A DNA stretch of 64,000 nucleotides, taken from Oculina patagonica (taxonomy: Eukaryota). The position numbers and the translations under genes were made by a program. The stretch is from positions 8,928,001-8,992,000 of the forward strand of contig NC_135762.1 of assembly GCF_052425735.1 (NCBI RefSeq). The letters run 5' to 3'. Positions 24,909 through 36,570 of this stretch are shown here, piece after piece; within the stretch, counting starts at the first letter, position 1, and each line of letters opens with the position of its first letter. The notes below the pieces were generated by a model. It worked only from the letters and a program-made list of their open reading frames with translations. It did no database searches and was not told the origin of the DNA.

Positions 24909-25655
24909 TGCTACAAATTTGTTGAAAATTAAAAGAGCGTCTGCTTTTACTCATAAACAGATATTAAACAGTTCACCCTCACTGTTCAGATCAGGCTTGC
25001 GGCAATTTTGATAAATAATTCAAAGTCAATATCCAAAATAATCTTTTGTCCTCTGTAGAAATGGGCGATTTATGAAATAGCTAAAAATATCTCTTTTTAT
25101 ACAACGGGTCTGAAATATTGTTTGATATGTAATTTTCTTAACCATCCCGGTAAACAATTCAACCAATAGGAACAGATCACAATCCCGTTGGTTGACAAAA
25201 TATGAAAAGGCAAGCTGTTCAGAACTCAGATTAATCATTTAATGCTTTAGTAGGAGTTTTCTCTAAAGATGCATATGGTTACTTTCACGGAATAGCCAGT
25301 AAACACACTAAAACATTTGCTGAAGATACAATCCTGATATGGTATCATAAATTTGAAGTGAATATTAGGAGAAATAAATGAATCTGAGTAAGTAGAAAAA
25401 GTCAATAAATAAAAAAAACCTTAATATTAAATATGACAGCATGCGGTGAATTAAAGCAAAATCTTAAATGTAAACAAATTTTGGCCACTTTCGCTTTTAC
25501 TTCACTTATTTATTAGAATATGTAATTTTAGGTTAAAAAGAGCAGACTTCGTCAACTGCAAGTAGCAGCTATAATTTTGGAGGGACTTTGAGCTCTGGCA
25601 AGATGTGATAAAATTATTTGCACTTTTGCTACAGCTTGACTTGTTGTACATCAAT

Positions 25656-25879
25656 AGTCCATTTTACAGTTGCCTGCCAAGTGACCTGGCCTTTGCATGG
25701 TAATGAGGCTGAGGATGACCTTGCATTGATACAAACCTCCCTGCTTTATCATGTAAATGCAAAATAACACTTATGCTTTACACAACAAAAGCAGTGAGGT
25801 CTGCATCAAAACAAGGTCACCTCCAGCCTCACTTCCATTCAAAGGCCAGGTCACTAAGCAGGCAACTGTAAAATGGTCT
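25656..25879. mobile_element. MITE present only in unit copy 1 (PIF/Harbinger-ISL2EU-like)
   Basis: TIR AG(T/A)CCATTTTACAGTTGCCTG at both ends; the empty site CATCAATTGGG is at 46270-46280. Confidence 0.88.
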
Positions 25880-26399
25880 ATTGGGTACCATCTTGGATTT
25901 CTGACTTTATCCCCACGGCGTTAGGAAATAGCATAAGTCAATGCAAAATATTGTTCCAAAACAGTAAAGAGGATGTAAAAATGCACTAATTCTGCAAAAT
26001 TACTAAAGAAAACGTGAACAGCTAAGAAATATCATTGGAACGAAGAATTAACCCAGAAAATTAAAAAGAGAGTCTAACTGGGGCTCTGGAATCTCATTTT
26101 TCAGTTACATTTTCGGCGATTCCCGACTATCATTTAAATTTTCAGCCCATTTCGTAGCTATCAGTAAAAATTTTCAAATCTCCAATCTTTTTGCCTACCA
26201 AAAAACTAAAGAAACGACTACGTAAAATTATTTCGCGTTTCAATTCCTTTCGAGAAGACCACGATATGAGAATTTTCTCAGCTTCGGTCCGATTACAGAC
26301 AGCTGCTCGGTTTTGTTTCCCGTTGCAAAATGCTATCGTCTGGCAGGAATTTACAAAAAAGGTAAAAGCGTTTGAACTGATCAAAGTAAAATGGAAATA

Positions 26400-26995
26400 C
26401 AGTCGACTCTCTCCAAGACGGACACCTTCGGGACCGGCCGCAACTGTCCGTCTAAGAGAGGTGCCCGCCTTGTAGAGAGTCGAAGTAACATGACACCAGT
26501 AATTCTGAGATAATAAAGCTAAACCTTTGCACAATGCGACAAACCTTTGCTAACTACAACAACACAAAAATAATAAAAAGACCGTATTCGCTTGTTAAAG
26601 CAAAAGTTGAGAGCTTCTACAAACTGTAATACTGTAGGTAGAAATCGACCTCTTTAGTGTCCATACACGTAAACAGAGAATTAAGTAATCCGTTAAAGCG
26701 TCATTGTTTTTGGTTAATGAGCTTGGTATACACGTATCTTTATTAGAGCGCTGACTAACGTTGCTGTAGGTCGATACGAAGTTTAAAAGTATTTTCACTA
26801 ATAAGACATAATAAAAACACTTCTCAAGTGTCCGTTAATGATTTCAAAGTGTCCGTTGTTCGTCTTAGAGAGGTATCCGTCTTATGGGGAGATTGGTTAC
26901 AGTAAAATAAAAAACAACAGGGACCATCACCAGGTGTCCGTCTTATGGAGGTGTCCGTCTTATAGAGGTGTCCGTTAAGAGAGTTTTTAACTATA
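26400..26995. mobile_element. Degenerate Tc1/mariner-type MITE pieces (copy at about 46795-47370)
   Basis: TA-CAGTCGACTCTCT...AGAGAGTCGA inverted ends at 26400-26483 and repeated GTGTCCGTCTTA(G/T)AGAG motifs at 26828-26985. Confidence 0.6.
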
Positions 26996-27098
26996 CAATG
27001 AAATCTGGATACTTTTGTTCATTGGCTCCGGTACAGGACGTTTCAGTACAACCCAATCATAATAAATTACTAGCATGTTCCTTTAGCATCACTTTTTT

Positions 27099-27983
27099 CT
27101 AACCTTTTTTACAGAGTAATATGTTCTTAAACTCTCTTCGCATGGCTCGGTTCATTGCGCCATAAATCACTGGATTAATCCACGCGGAGGAAGAAGAAAA
27201 GAAAAGGTAAATGGACTCTGTTAAATAGGAAATTTTCACCTGAAAACCAAATTCTAGAATTGAGGAAACAATAAAAGGAATCCAACATATAAAAAATCCA
27301 AACACGGCGGCAAAAAGTACTCGAGAGGTTTTTAATTCCTGTGGACTTATCGTTCCTTGGCTGTTTGTTGCTTGTAAAGAAGGGACAACAGCAGCATTGT
27401 GTCTTCTGACAACACAATAAACCCGGCTATAACCAAATATTACTAGTGACATTGCTATTAAACTCAAACAAGCAGACGCAAAGTTCAAAATCCTAGGCCT
27501 CTCGGATTGCTCATCAAGAAACTTTGGTAGACAGCATAAACTGTTAGGTTGCCATTGATAGATTACAGGCGTTGCAACATTATAGGCGAGGGAAAAGAAG
27601 AGCGGAAAAATCCAAAGCGAAACAATTGACCTAATTGTTTTCCGTTTGGTGAAAAACACAGCGTACCTCTGAGGCTTTACCACGCACAAGTAGCGATTGA
27701 TCGATGTGAGTGCTATAATGGAAAGCGATACCTCAGCCCAGTACAGTGATAGAAACCCAGTAAATCTGCAATATTTGTTACTAAATGGCCACCTACGCAG
27801 CCCAGAAGCAACTGTACCAAAAGGAAGCACAAACGTAGCCACCATTATGTCAGACACTGCCAGAGACAACACGAGGAAATTTGTAGTAGTGCGTAATCTC
27901 CTGTTTCGGTAAAAAGCGAGGCAAACGAGCGAGTTTCCTGAGAGTGACAACATTGTTGTTAAAGCAAAAATAACAGTTTGCAT
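27099..27983 (-). CDS. Class A GPCR subtype E (E1); ORF open but the original start region is deleted
   Basis: 7TM with NRY, CWIP, NPVIY; lacks the 24 bp that carry the ATG in copy 2 (48427-48450). Confidence 0.7.
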   Translation of the reverse strand: MQTVIFALTTMLSLSGNSLVCLAFYRNRRLRTTTNFLVLSLAVSDIMVATFVLPFGTVASGLRRWPFSNKYCRFTGFLSLYWAEVSLSIIALTSINRYLCVVKPQRYAVFFTKRKTIRSIVSLWIFPLFFSLAYNVATPVIYQWQPNSLCCLPKFLDEQSERPRILNFASACLSLIAMSLVIFGYSRVYCVVRRHNAAVVPSLQATNSQGTISPQELKTSRVLFAAVFGFFICWIPFIVSSILEFGFQVKISYLTESIYLFFSSSSAWINPVIYGAMNRAMRREFKNILLCKKG

Positions 27984-28679
27984 GTTGGCCTGCGAAGAGC
28001 GTCCTGTATTTGCCTCTATCAGTCGATTTTTTAGATTCTACGTTCCTGATAGCACACGGATGGACGAATGAATATTTACAATAAGCAGCTGAATTTTTAC
28101 AAATTGGTTTTCTGGGAGGTTTTTCTTAAATGTTAATAAGCCAGCCCGTCCTAGCCTGTGTCAACAATTGCCTTTTTATGAGATAAAATCAGCGCGTTGC
28201 GCATACATAAAAAATTGACAAAGATAAGCAATCATTTAGTTATTTGAAAAGGGGAAAATATGAAAGATAAAATTCTTTCCTTCGCTGCCCCCAGCTTAGC
28301 TTTGTTAGTCAGCTGCAATAAATTGTCCGTCTATAATTAACGAATTGACTAATTAAAAAAAAAACTTTTTAACATATCCAAGCCGCGACTGTGTAAATTT
28401 GAGTCAATAAATATTCGCGGATCTGTTTTATTTACGACAGCAGCGACTAAAAATATATTCACTTTCTAAAGCGAAATGGCAAAATATAACCTCCTGGCAG
28501 TGGCTAAGAGTCTTTACGCTCTTTTCGCAAAAAATGTTCTTGGAGCAAAGAATCATCAATGGTGTACCCTGGACTATCCTTAACATGTTACTCTCACCTC
28601 TCGACCCTCGACAAAAATACGACTCAACTCAGTCACAGAGTGAGAGAAAAAAGAAAACAAGAAAAAATGTTGAACTTGT

Positions 28680-28805
28680 AAGAATAAAGATGGTAAATTT
28701 CAAGCTCGGTGATAAACAGTGAAGAAATTTTTCAACATGACACGAGCGTGGGACAAAGAAAAAATCTGACGGGAATCGAACCCATAGCCTCCCAGATACC
28801 GGTGG
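28680..28805 (-). mobile_element. tRNA-derived SINE fragment (copy at about 50060-50185; opposite-orientation relative at about 50900-50990)
   Basis: Minus strand has the B-box GGTTCGATTCC followed by TTTTTCTTTGTCCCACGCTCGTGTCATG. Confidence 0.7.
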
Positions 28806-29493
28806 ATAAAAAAAGGACGACAGCCGGGTTTGTTTTAGAGATCTGTGTACCACTTTTTATAGCTTGCTCTTCATTTTTAGCACCAGAGTAACGGTATACG
28901 TTTAAACATGAAGTTAAAGGGTCATTGCACTGTTAGCAGCGCAGCTAAAATACAATGATTCACTAAAACTTTAATCTCGACTTTCTGCCTTTCTGAAAAC
29001 AAGATCCAATGATGCAATTGTGGAGGATAAAATCATTCATGAAAAGTCATTGAATTCGACACAGCATGTTTATGGCACAACCTCCCTCCACGAGCATGAT
29101 AACTTGCTTAAATATTCATCTTGGAACAATAGAAGGACCTCTCGTGCGCATTCAATGGATAATTTTAAAAACTAGTTATAGCAACCTTTCACTATTACGA
29201 TATCAGATAAAAGTGATAGAAGCTAATAGATATCCTGTTTTGCTCTCTTACTTGGCTTTTAAGACATATTACTAAAAGGTATTGTTTTTGCGCAGTATAA
29301 TTACACATTTCTTGAAGATACATTAAGTAAAATTGACAGAGACAGGTGTTGCAAAACTGTACTGCTACTAAAACGCAAATAAAAGCACCTTAGTCGCTTT
29401 GTGTTTGCATGGACTGAACAAATCTAAATTCGTTGTTCTTCTGGCACCAAAACATATCTACAAATTTTTTTTTGTAGACCTTCTGTAGCAGCA

Positions 29494-30420
29494 ATGAAAG
29501 ACACGCAAGATACCAGAAGCCTGCCGGCAGTCATCGTACACACTGTTATTCTTGCAGCTACGACACTTTTGTCACTCACAGGCAACTCGTTCGTTTGCCT
29601 CGCTTTCTATCGAAAAAGGAGACTACGCACCATTACCAATTTCTACGTGTTGTCTCTGGCAGTGGCTGATATAATGGTGGCTGCGTTTGTGTTTCCTTTT
29701 CGCACCATCGCTTCTGGGGCTCGCAGTTGGCCATTCAGTAACAAGCTCTGCCAATCCTGTGGTTTTCTTGTAATTCCTTGGGCTACGGTTTCACTTTGGA
29801 CTCTGGCACTCACATCGATTAACCGATACTTTTGCGTTGTAAAGCCGCAGCGATATTCTGTCTACTTCACGAAAAAGAAAACTATTCTATCGATTCTTTC
29901 CATTTGGATTTTTCAGTTGCTCGTTTCCGCAACGTTTTATTCCGCAGCGCCTTCTGTATATCGCTGGCATCCAAACAGGTTATTTTGCAAAGACAATTAT
30001 CGTGATCAGAATACTGAGATGGTCACTCAAATCATCTTTACATGTTTCATTTTTCTTTCAATGTTATTAGTGTTGTTTGGGTATGGCAGGGTCTATCACG
30101 TTGTCAGACAACACAACAGAGTCATCGTTCCTTCTCTACAAAATGCTGCAAACAGCCAAGGATCAATACGTGCACAAGAGATAAAGACCTGTCGAGTACT
30201 TTTTGCTGCTGTCTTTGGATTTTGTATCTCCTGGATTCCTTCTACTACTGTAATATTTTTAGAGTCTGCTTTGAAAATATCTATTCCTTCTGTTGCACAG
30301 TCGATTCCTGTGTTATTTGCTTCTATCTCTGCGTGGATTAACCCAGTAATTTATGGCGTCATGAACCGAGCCATGCGGAAGGAATTTCAAAATATATTAC
30401 TCTGTCGGAAAGGAGATTGA
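29494..30420 (+). CDS. Class A GPCR subtype A (A2)
   Basis: 7TM; NRY, SWIP, NPVIY. Confidence 0.95.
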   Translation: MKDTQDTRSLPAVIVHTVILAATTLLSLTGNSFVCLAFYRKRRLRTITNFYVLSLAVADIMVAAFVFPFRTIASGARSWPFSNKLCQSCGFLVIPWATVSLWTLALTSINRYFCVVKPQRYSVYFTKKKTILSILSIWIFQLLVSATFYSAAPSVYRWHPNRLFCKDNYRDQNTEMVTQIIFTCFIFLSMLLVLFGYGRVYHVVRQHNRVIVPSLQNAANSQGSIRAQEIKTCRVLFAAVFGFCISWIPSTTVIFLESALKISIPSVAQSIPVLFASISAWINPVIYGVMNRAMRKEFQNILLCRKGD

Positions 30421-31959
30421 AGAGGAAAAATTGGCAATCGTTCCTTGCATTTCCATAGCATATTTAGTTTCAGTTTCAAGTTTTAGTGGTTCGCCGCCAA
30501 TGAACAATAAATCGTAACTATACAGTTATTAATGCCCCATAAGAAGTTCAAATAAGAAGGGCAAAATCAATGACAGCAGAACAAGGGCTGCCAGCAAGGA
30601 AGCGCAGAGAAAATACGATGACATCAACCAGGAATTATGAAGAGGCATCAGGCGTGTCAAAAGTAAGTACATTGACGAACTAGTAACAGAAGCAGAAACA
30701 GCAGCAGAGAAACACAGGATGAGAGACTTATATGATCTGACCAAGAAGTTATCAGGAAAGAAAAGCCCAGCATCAAAACTTATCAAGGACCGGATGAATC
30801 AGGAAACAAACTCACCAAGCAGGATGACCAGTTGAAGAGATAGGGAGAATATTTTAGAGAATTGCTGAACTGGACACCACCATCAGATTCTATAGCCATC
30901 CCAAAAGCCAAGTACAAGTTGAGAACCTTGAAGCTAAAAAAAAGGTCAACTGATTTTAGGACATCCTAAGGACATAACAGCAGCACCAATTTGTTTTTAA
31001 AATTAGAAAAAAGAACATCGTTAAGAACGTTTACGGGCTCAAATCGTCGAAACATTAAGAAAGTTCAGCCTCAGCCAAAAATAAGTCGCTTTTACAAAAA
31101 AACAAGTGGTCTTCATGTTTTAGATCATGCTCAGATGTGTTTCGCTCGTCCATTTGTTTTAGAAACATAGAATAGAAGAGGAAATTAAAGACGTCTCAAA
31201 TTTGCATAATAGTGAACAAGTAATACCACATCTTGACAATATCCCAATAAACCATTGCAAAAACCAATCAGCAGCACACACAGTCACCATTTTTTAAGTT
31301 TTCCGTCAGAAGCCAGTGTCAAAACTTTTGTACATACACTTTCCCTTTGTTTAGAGTTTTTAATTAAATGCCCTGTCACATTGCTCTTCACGTTCAGTAG
31401 CAGCATAACAGCGCACGTTTTTTGACACGAATTTAAGTGTTACTGAATTTTTGGCAACGCAGTTGATAGGCAACAAATCATTATAATTTTAATCTCGACT
31501 TTCTTCCTTTTTAAAAAAAAATCCAATGCTGCATTTATTTTGTGGATGATTCATGAAAAGTCATGCATTGAATTCGACACAGCATGCTGATGACACAACC
31601 TCCCTCCGAGACCATGATAACTTGTGTCAATATTCCTCTTCGAACAACAGAAGGACCTCTCGTGAGCATTCAATGGGTAATTAAAAAAAGTTATATCAGC
31701 TTGTTTTGCCATGCTAGGTGGCTTTTAATGCATATTACTAAAAAGTATTGTCTCCTCAGAGTATAATTGATAATTGTGCTTTTCTGGAAGAATCATTCAG
31801 TTGTTGCAAAATCGTACTGTTACCAAAACGCATAGTACCTTAGTCGCTTTACCGGCTATACATAGACCGAGCAAGTTCGTCAAATTTAAAATCGTTGTAC
31901 TTCGCGTACCAAATCAGAATCTCCAAAGTCTTGTTTGTAGACCTTAATTTGTACCAGCA

Positions 31960-32877
31960 ATGGAAGATACAAGAAGTCTGCCGGAAGTCATCATACACAC
32001 TGTTATTCTTGCAGCATCGACACTTTTGTCACTCACAGGCAACTCGCTCGTTTGCCTCGCTTTCTATCGACAAAGGAGACTACGCACCATTACCAATTTC
32101 TACGTGTTGTCTCTGGCAGTAGCTGATATAATGGTGGCTGCGTTTGTGTTTCCTTTCCGCACCGTCGCTTCTGGGGTGCGCAGATGGCCATTCAGTAACA
32201 ACTTCTGCCAATCCAGTGGTTTTCTTGTAATTCCTTGGACTATGGTTTCACTTTGGACTCTGGCACTCACATCGATAAACCGATACTTTTGCGTTGTAAA
32301 GCCGCAGCAATACTCTGTCTACTTCACTAAAAAAAAAACTTTTCTATCGCTTCTTTTCATTTGGATTTTTCTTTTCGTCGCTGCCGTAACCTTTTATTCT
32401 GAAGCTCGTGCTATCTACCGATGGCATCCCAACAGGTTACTTTGCAAAGGCAATTATCCTAGTCACATTACTGAGAAAGTTTGTCACATCGTCTTTACAT
32501 GTACCTCTTTTCTTTCTCTGTTATTAGTGTTGATTGGTTATGGAAGTGTCTATCGTGTTGTCAGACAACACAACAGAGCCATCGTCCCTTCTCTACAACA
32601 TGCTGCAAACAACCAAGGATCAATACGTGCACAAGAGATAAAGACCTGTCGAGTAATTTTTGCTGCTGTCTTTGGATTTTGCATCTCCTGGATTCCTTCT
32701 GCCACAGTACTATTTTGCGATACTGCTTTTGAAATATCCATTCCTACCGTTGCAGAGTCGTTTCCTGTGTTGTTTTCTGCTATCTCAGCGTGGATAAACC
32801 CAATAATTTACGGTGTAATGAACCGAGCCATGCGGAAGGAGTTTCAAAACATATTTCTCTGCCGAAATGGAGGATAG
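31960..32877 (+). CDS. Class A GPCR subtype A (A3)
   Basis: 7TM; NRY, SWIP, NPIIY. Confidence 0.95.
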   Translation: MEDTRSLPEVIIHTVILAASTLLSLTGNSLVCLAFYRQRRLRTITNFYVLSLAVADIMVAAFVFPFRTVASGVRRWPFSNNFCQSSGFLVIPWTMVSLWTLALTSINRYFCVVKPQQYSVYFTKKKTFLSLLFIWIFLFVAAVTFYSEARAIYRWHPNRLLCKGNYPSHITEKVCHIVFTCTSFLSLLLVLIGYGSVYRVVRQHNRAIVPSLQHAANNQGSIRAQEIKTCRVIFAAVFGFCISWIPSATVLFCDTAFEISIPTVAESFPVLFSAISAWINPIIYGVMNRAMRKEFQNIFLCRNGG

Positions 32878-35649
32878 TACCAAAACATTTCTAAAATGAA
32901 CGATTAGCATAATAATATAAGTGATAAGTATGGCGGGAAAGTTTGAGAAGAGATTGGTTTGTGAAATTTGTGGGATCCTTGGTCGAGAATGAGTATTACG
33001 GAAGAATTGCGGTACAGTGTTATTTTTTTGCATGCATGCATGCAGCATGCAAATTCCTTTGCCCTTCGCTTTGCTTTCTTTTTGCCCTTGAGCGGTAATT
33101 CTTCCGGGCGAGCAAACAAGAGACATCCGAAGAAAAGTTCACATCGGATCCAAAACAACACCGTTTTGTTTTTAAGGAAACGAAGCTAAAAAAAAGCGAT
33201 GTAGATTTATTTGTTAATTTATTCTTTCATGTGCAAGGCCAGAGCATTGCGGGAACTTCGTTGATCAGATAAATGCATAACTGGACTTCGTGAGTACATG
33301 CTCAAGAAATCAACTCGGCCAATAGACTTACCGATGAAGCTTTTAAGTCGAAATAATATGTATCACTTATGTCAGTTCTCGATCTATGCCAATCAAAGGG
33401 CTGTACGAGCCAACTCCTGCATGAAAAGACTATTTTAAGTAAGGCACACTCCATACAAGTTTAATTTGCATTTTTAGAAATTATAATTCACAGTCTTTGG
33501 CTACTAGCTCTCGAAGGCAACACAGAGAAACATCTGAAAATGTATCAAACGCTTTTAGTTTTTTCTGCCGTTTAAATTTCTATATTTAGAACGAAAGCCA
33601 AATCAGCTCTTGCTCGACTCCACTGCGGTGCACTGTATATTGAATATTTTCCTTTTTACACATTGATAAAATTCGAAAAAAACGAAGTGTCTAAAGTGGA
33701 CGGGCCCGGGCCGGAATCGAATCCGGACCACATTGGTTGGAGGCGAGCGCTTTTACTCTGCAGAGTCAATTTCATGGTGTCTTTTTTTCGAACTTATCTG
33801 TGCTTAGTATATCTGAAATAACGGAAAGGTCCCAAATAAACTAGACCTATACAGCGTAAGTTCTATCAAAATAACACTGAAATAAAGTAAGGACAAACGT
33901 CATCAGTTTCGATGTTACCTAATATGGCACGGTCACGTTGTTTTATTTGCCTAGTAAAACCAAAACCTGTCCAAGTTGTCGTGAATCCAATCATATAACT
34001 TTCGAACTATCTTTGTGGCAAAAAGCTATATCTTAAAAAAGTGCAGACAGTGGTCGTTTTTGCTATATACAGCTTATAAAGTCGATTCTGCTTGTGTTTG
34101 AACGACGAAAACCAAAATACGTCTCCATTCTGCCGAGTAGTTTTCAGCCTTTTCTGGCACAAACTATTGTTTGTTTTCTCTTTTCATTTTTTTTTCCGAG
34201 TTACGAGTCTTCGTGCGAAACTATTCATACGTAAATGTGTTTCAACTTCACGTCCATTTTCATGCAAATCAAAGTCACTTTCATTTGAATGGTTTCGCAC
34301 GAGGACTCGTTTTGAAAATGAGGTAAAAGGTAAACTCGGAAATAGTCTATTTCGATTCAATTCAAAAAGTTATCTCATTTTCTATTATTTATCTTGGAGA
34401 ACAGCCACTGGTTTTCTATCCATAGACACCTCGTTCAAGCTTGCAGTCTCAGGCTAATTCATGCAAATTATCTTCAATACAAAAATCAATTAGTTGGGGA
34501 CATGGTGCTACCCTTTCTTTACAGCTTGCAATTTCCGATTACCTTGATCTTTTTGTTCATAGAACTATATAAATGAAGTTTTTACTGATACATTGTAAGC
34601 TACATTGATTTATTATTATTATCGTTATTGTCAAAATTGATCACGTGTCCCAGTATGCATATTTTATTTTTCACCGAAGAATGTGGATTTCACTCCGAGG
34701 GAAGTATTTGGCATATGTGTCGACAAAAGACAAAACAACAGATGGACGTTAAGCGGTTCAATCTAACCGTATGAGAGACCTTTCAATGCAAAATTCCAAA
34801 TCCAAGCATGGTGCCGCACTGTTAAAAATTCGTGTTTTTTTTTTAATTTTGAGGCATGCCGCTACGAATATTTAGTGGTGAACCATGAAGACAATAGACT
34901 GTTTATGTCTCGGATCTGTGCATAGTTGCCCTTAGAAATTATGATTTTAACTGAAATAGCATTCATGCCCTTGAACTTCGTTCTCGGGCTAATATATGTT
35001 TTCTCAGAAAACATATACATAATTTTGTTTTCTAGTAGAAAATAAAATCATCAGCCCACAGCCTTCGACAGAAACCCTGTACTGTATTGTTGTCGGTTAT
35101 AAGCTTTCTGCCGTTGAAAACATACTAAGTCTTCCTAAGGGACATATATAAATATATATGTCTCAAACGTCGACCTTCCTCCGCGAGCATGTCAAACGAG
35201 GACCTATAATCGCCATGGGTAAAAATATTAATTTCACAATAAGAATAGAAGGAAACGAGTGGTCATGCACCCCCATGAGCATTGGTAAGCTTGAACAAGA
35301 GGCTTTAACTGTTAACGAATTCAATTGAGAAAGAACACACCTTATTTTCACATTCTTACAGCTTTCAAAGCATAGTGTTTTTCTTTTAGCAAAATGACAA
35401 AGGAGATTATTTCCGTTTTGACAGTTATTATGGCTTTCTAGAAGATACATTAACGCTTGTTTTAATGGGTTTCTGGCGGGATACGGCAGGTGTTCCAAAA
35501 AGTCAATCATATGTATAAACGATCACACTCATTTCGCGTTTGAGTAGAAAGAACTTACGGCTGCCGTAAATCCAAAATAAGTCTTCACAGATTTAAATTT
35601 GTTCTCCTTTCTTGGTGTCATTTATATAAAACTATTTTTTGTAGCAGCA

Positions 35650-36570
35650 ATGGAATACACACAAGACACAAGAAGTCTGCCGGCAGTCGTCATACACACC
35701 GTTATTCTTGCTGTTACGACACTTTTGTCGCTCATAGGAAACTCGCTCGTATGTCTCGCTTTCTACAGAAACAGACGATTACGCACTGTTACCAATCTCT
35801 ACGTATTGTCTTTGGCAGTAGCTGATTTGATGGTGGCTATGTTTTTATTCCCGTTTGGTGCCGTCGCTTCTGGGTTGCGCAGATGGCCATTTAGTTTCAA
35901 CTTCTGCCAATTTACCGGCTTCCTTGCAGTTTACTGGGGGCAAGTATCAACTTGGACCCTGGCACTTACTGCGATTAATCGATATTTTTGCGTTGTAAAG
36001 CCACTAAGGTATTCTGTGTTCTTCACCAGAAAGAAAACGATATTATCCATTGTTGTCATGTGGATTTATTTACTTGTCCAGTCACTGAGTCTTTATGCAG
36101 TCCCAGTTATATATCGGTGGATCCCTGATAACGTATACTGCAGGCCAACGTTCCTCGATGAACAAGTGGAGAAGATATTTTTTGTCTTCTGTGGATGTTT
36201 CTTTATCGTTCCTATGTCGTTGGTATTACTGGGTTACAGCAAGGTTTATTGGGTTGTCAAGCAACACAACACCGCAATTTTCCCCTCTCTACAAGGAGCA
36301 AACGGCCAAGAAGGAACGATCAGTGCTCAAGAGATAAAGACATCACGAGTACTTTTTGCAACCGTATTTGGATATTGTGTCTGCTGGATTCCTTTTATCG
36401 TTATATTAATTTTAGAATTTGGGACACAGGTATATATTCCTTCCTATGCAAAGTCGATTTACCCGTTATTCGCTGCTATCTCTTCGTGGATTAATCCAAT
36501 GATTTACGGATTTATGAATCGATCCATGCGTAGAGAATTTCGAAACACACTATTCTGCAGAAAAGATTAA
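35650..36570 (+). CDS. Class A GPCR subtype B (B2)
   Basis: Near-identical to B1; the true ATG is at 35650 (the ORF track start at 35599 is a TTG). Confidence 0.95.
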   Translation: MEYTQDTRSLPAVVIHTVILAVTTLLSLIGNSLVCLAFYRNRRLRTVTNLYVLSLAVADLMVAMFLFPFGAVASGLRRWPFSFNFCQFTGFLAVYWGQVSTWTLALTAINRYFCVVKPLRYSVFFTRKKTILSIVVMWIYLLVQSLSLYAVPVIYRWIPDNVYCRPTFLDEQVEKIFFVFCGCFFIVPMSLVLLGYSKVYWVVKQHNTAIFPSLQGANGQEGTISAQEIKTSRVLFATVFGYCVCWIPFIVILILEFGTQVYIPSYAKSIYPLFAAISSWINPMIYGFMNRSMRREFRNTLFCRKD

